NCBI RefSeq assembly: GCF_006345805.1 | Contig: NC_043021.1 | Span: 8,432,001-8,496,000 of the forward strand | Direction: 5' to 3' | Source: Octopus sinensis | Lineage: Eukaryota | DNA length: 64,000 nucleotides | Shown here: piece by piece, positions 60,435 through 64,000 of the stretch | How the letters are laid out: each line of letters starts with the position of its first letter | How positions within the stretch are numbered: position 1 is the stretch's first letter | Position numbers and translations under genes: made by a program | Notes under the pieces: generated by a model | Told to the model about the DNA's origin: nothing | What the model saw: only the letters and a program-made list of their open reading frames with translations | Databases searched by the model: none

Positions 60435-61093
60435 TACGACGGGCTTCTTTCAGTTTCCGTCTACCAAATCCACTCACAAGGCTTTGGTCGGCCCGAGGCT
60501 ATAGTAGAAGACACTTGCCCAAGGTGCCACGCAGTGGGACTGAACCCGGAACCATGTGGTTGGTAAACAAGGTACTTACCACACAGCCATTGAAGTTAAT
60601 TGTTTTACAGTTCTTTTTCTCTTTTGTACTTTCGTGTGGGAGTAAATTCCTTTATTTTTTGCTTTTGATCTTTGTCTCCGTAGGTCAATTGCATTGTGGC
60701 TGTTTGAACTCTGAACTCTTCCATCTCATTTGAATTATAATTCTACTCCCTCCTTGTTTTCCTTCTCTATCTAAACTCTTTGTTTTCTCTTTTGAAGTGT
60801 TTTATCATTTCCATAGAAATTTACTATTGTTTTTTTTTTATATGAATTGTGTTTATCTTTAATCATTCATTTTTTTTTTTACGTGTTTCAGTTATCAAGC
60901 TGTGGCCATGCTGTGGCACTACCTTGAGGAATTTTAGTTGAACTGACTGACCCCCGGTACTTTTTAAGCTTGGTACTTATTCTGTCGGTCTCTTTTGCTG
61001 AACTGTTAAGTCACAGGGATGTAAACATGCCAGCACAGCTTGTCAAGAGGTGGTAGGAGACAAACAAAGACACACACACACACACATAAGTAT

Positions 61094-61165
<72 letters not shown>

Positions 61166-62724
61166 CATACATGGATTGGACAATTTGATTGAGGACTGGC
61201 GAACAAGATGGCTGCACCAGGCTCCAATCTGATCTGGAAGAGTTTCTACAGCTGGATGCCCTTCCTAATGCCAACCACTTCAAGAGTGTAGTGGGTGCTT
61301 TTATGTGCCACTGGCACGAGGGCCAATCAGGTGGCACTGGCAATGGCCATGCTCAAATGGTGTTTTTACATGCCACCTGCACAGAAGCCAGTCCAGTGGA
61401 ACTGGTAACGACCTCGCTTAAATTTTTTTTTCATGTGCCACCAGCACAAGTGTCAGTAAGGTGACGCTGGTAACGATCATGAATGGTGCTCTTTATGTGC
61501 CACCAGCATGGAAGCCAGTCTGCTGCTCTGGCAACAATCACACTCGGATGGTGCTCTTAGCGCTCCACTAGCACGGATGCCAGTCGTCGAATTTGATTTC
61601 GATTTTGATTTCACTTGCCTCAACAAGTCTTTGACAGCAGAATTTAGTGTCCAGTGAAGGAAAGGTACGCATAAGTGGGCTGGTTACACCCCTGGCATAG
61701 GCCACGGGTTATGGTCTCACTTGGCTTGCCAGAAGCACAAGCATGTCTGTGTGGTAACAAGCTTGCTTCCCAACCACATGGTTCCGGGTTCAGTCCCATA
61801 GCCTGGCACTTTGGGCAAGTGTCTTCTGCTATAGCCTTGGGCCAACCAAAGTTTTTTGAGATTTTGTAATAGAAATTAAAAGAAGCCCATCGTACATATG
61901 TGTGTGTGTGTGTGTACTCAACCATCACTTGACTACTGGTGTTCGTATGGTTACATTCCTGTAACTTAGTGGTTTGGCAAAGGAGTTCGATAGAATAAAT
62001 ACCAGACTTATAAAAAACTAAGTGACGGGTCGATTCGTTTGAAAACTTCTTGAAGGCAGTGCCCCAGCATGGCCACAGTCTAACGACTGCAACAAATAAA
62101 AGATACATACACATACACAATCATCATCATCATTTAACGTCCATTGTCCATGCTGACTTGGGTTGGATGGTTTGACCAGGGCTGGCAAGCAGGAAGGCTG
62201 CACCAGACTCCAGTCTGATTTGGCATGGTTTTCTACAGCTGGCAACGACCTCGCTCGAATGTCTTTTCATGTGCCAGTAAGGCGACGCTGGTAACAATCA
62301 TGCTTGAATGGTGCTTTTTACATGCCACCGGTATGGAAGCCATTCAGATGGTCTGGCAACAATCATGCTCGGATGGTGCTCTTAGTGCTCCACTAGCATG
62401 GATGCCAGTCATCGAATTTGATTTCGATTTCAATTTCACTTGCCTCAACAGGTCTTCATAAGCAGAGTTTAGTGTCCAATGAAGGAAAGGTATGCATAAG
62501 TGGACTGGTTACATCCCTGGCATAGGCCACGGTACTCCATAAGTACATATAATGGTTGTGTATGTATGTGTGTGTGAATGTGTTCAACTCAGGAAATTCA
62601 AAGGGAGAATTCCTGAAAAGTTTAATGCTTTTTAACTGTGCCTCTGAATCAATTATATTTGGAGAATCAAATCGGTTTACTTCGTTCCTTTAGCATTTCT
62701 AAGCTTTTATTCAGATGTAAAGAT

Positions 62725-63720
62725 CACCAGTTTCAGGACAAGGAACCAGGACTTTAATTCATTCTTCAATATGAAAAACAGGTTGTGCTATTACACAAAT
62801 GTTTCTGGCTTGTTAGCCTTCCTTGGTTTCCCACACAATACCTCAGACGGGCATCTTTTCATAGACTCTTCCAAGCGAAGTCTGAAGGCTGTGCTCCTGC
62901 ACAGTGGGAATAAATACCCCCAGCATTCCCATTGCCTGCTCTTTCCATCTGAAGGAGTTGTATGATAATATGAAGCTCTCTGTGGAAGCTGTCAAGTACG
63001 ACCAATAACAGAGGAGTCTCTGCAGGGATCTCAAGGTCACTGGGCTCCTTAAGGGTATGCAAGCAGGCTTCACAAAGTACCGTTGCTTTCTCTGTCTCTG
63101 GGACAGTCAGGCTGTGTTCAAGCACTACAAGCAGAAGGACTGGGGATCTAGGACCACTTTCGTGTCTGGTGAACACAGTGTGCAAGAAAATCCTCTGGTG
63201 GACATGAACAAGGTGCCTCTTCCTCCTCTTCAAATCAGGCTTGATTTAATGAAGAATTTTGTGAAGGCCATGGACAAAAATGGCGCTGCCTTCCAACACT
63301 TGTGCACTCTGTTCCCATCTCTGAGTTCTGCTAAGCTCAAGGAGGGCATCTTCGTTGGACCTCAGATCCAAGAGGTGCTGAAGGATTAGGACTTCGAGAA
63401 GCTTCTTACCTAAAAGGAACTGAGAGCACTGGAAACATTTAAGTCAGTCTTCCATGGCTTCCTTGGTAACACACGGGTACTAGATTACCAAGAATGTATC
63501 GAGAGGATATGAGATGCCAAATGTCACTCAAAATTCACCTTCTCCACTCTTCCCTCAACTTCTTCCTTCCAAAGCTCAGAGAAGTGAGTGACGAGCATGG
63601 AGAAAGATTCCTCCAAAATATTACTAAGATGGAGGGAAACTACCAAGACAAATGGAACCCCAGCATGATGGAGGACTTTTACTGGATGCTTTTGCATGAC
63701 ATACCAGAGGCAAAATACAC
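62725..63720 (+). pseudogene. Decayed DDE transposase, probably CMC superfamily (Chapaev3-like)
   Basis: Ordered motifs across frameshifts and stops: LFIDSSKRSLKAVLLH, DLKV, GFTKYRCFLCLWDS, LPPLQIRLDLMKNFVKAM, GIFVGPQI, SLKIHLLHS, SDEHGERF. The CxxC and H-rich motifs fit CMC/Transib-type enzymes. Transposase call is firm; family name is recalled. Confidence 0.75.
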
Positions 63721-64000
63721 ATCATCATCATCATCATCGTTTAGCGTCCGTTTTCCATGCTAGCATGGGTTGGACGGTTCAACTGGGGTCTGGGAAGCCA
63801 GAAGGCTGCGCCAGGCCCAGTCTGATCTGGCAGTGTTTCTACAGCTGGATGCCCTTCCTAACGCCAACCACTCCATGAGTGTAGTGGGTGCTTTTACCTG
63901 CCACTGGCACAGGTGCCAGATGAGGCTGGCAAACGGCCACGATCGGATGGTGCTTTTTACGTGCCACCGGCACGGGGGCCAGACGAGGCTGGCAACAGCC

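Overview
Eukaryotic, AT-rich DNA dense in microsatellites and SINEs. The repeat families look like those of an octopus (coleoid cephalopod); this is recalled, not searched. Two divergent genes are supported. (1) A SAAL1 orthologue on the minus strand has seven phase-consistent coding exons between 14575 and 834, continues off the left edge, and has a likely promoter/first exon near 28.7 kb. (2) A patatin-like triglyceride lipase (PNPLA2/ATGL/brummer-like) on the plus strand has its first coding exon at 54418-54586; later exons were not found. Everything else is intronic or intergenic: tRNA-derived SINEs, RTE and CR1 LINE remnants, Penelope-like fragments, Tc1/mariner, hAT-, piggyBac- and Mutator-like non-autonomous elements, and a decayed CMC/Chapaev-like transposase. 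The most interesting signal is a set of seven minimal type-I hammerhead-ribozyme-like motifs in Penelope-like repeats. Each has conserved hammerhead architecture but a non-canonical core (G3:C8 swap, U4C, A6U in three copies, G12A, and one 92-nt helix-II insertion). Several sit at or beside foldback inverted duplications that would form long intronic dsRNA. Also notable: a 46-bp tandem array that multiplies a SAAL1 splice donor, and a Tc1 derivative encoding only a DNA-binding domain. All readings were done by eye; boundaries of decayed repeats are approximate.
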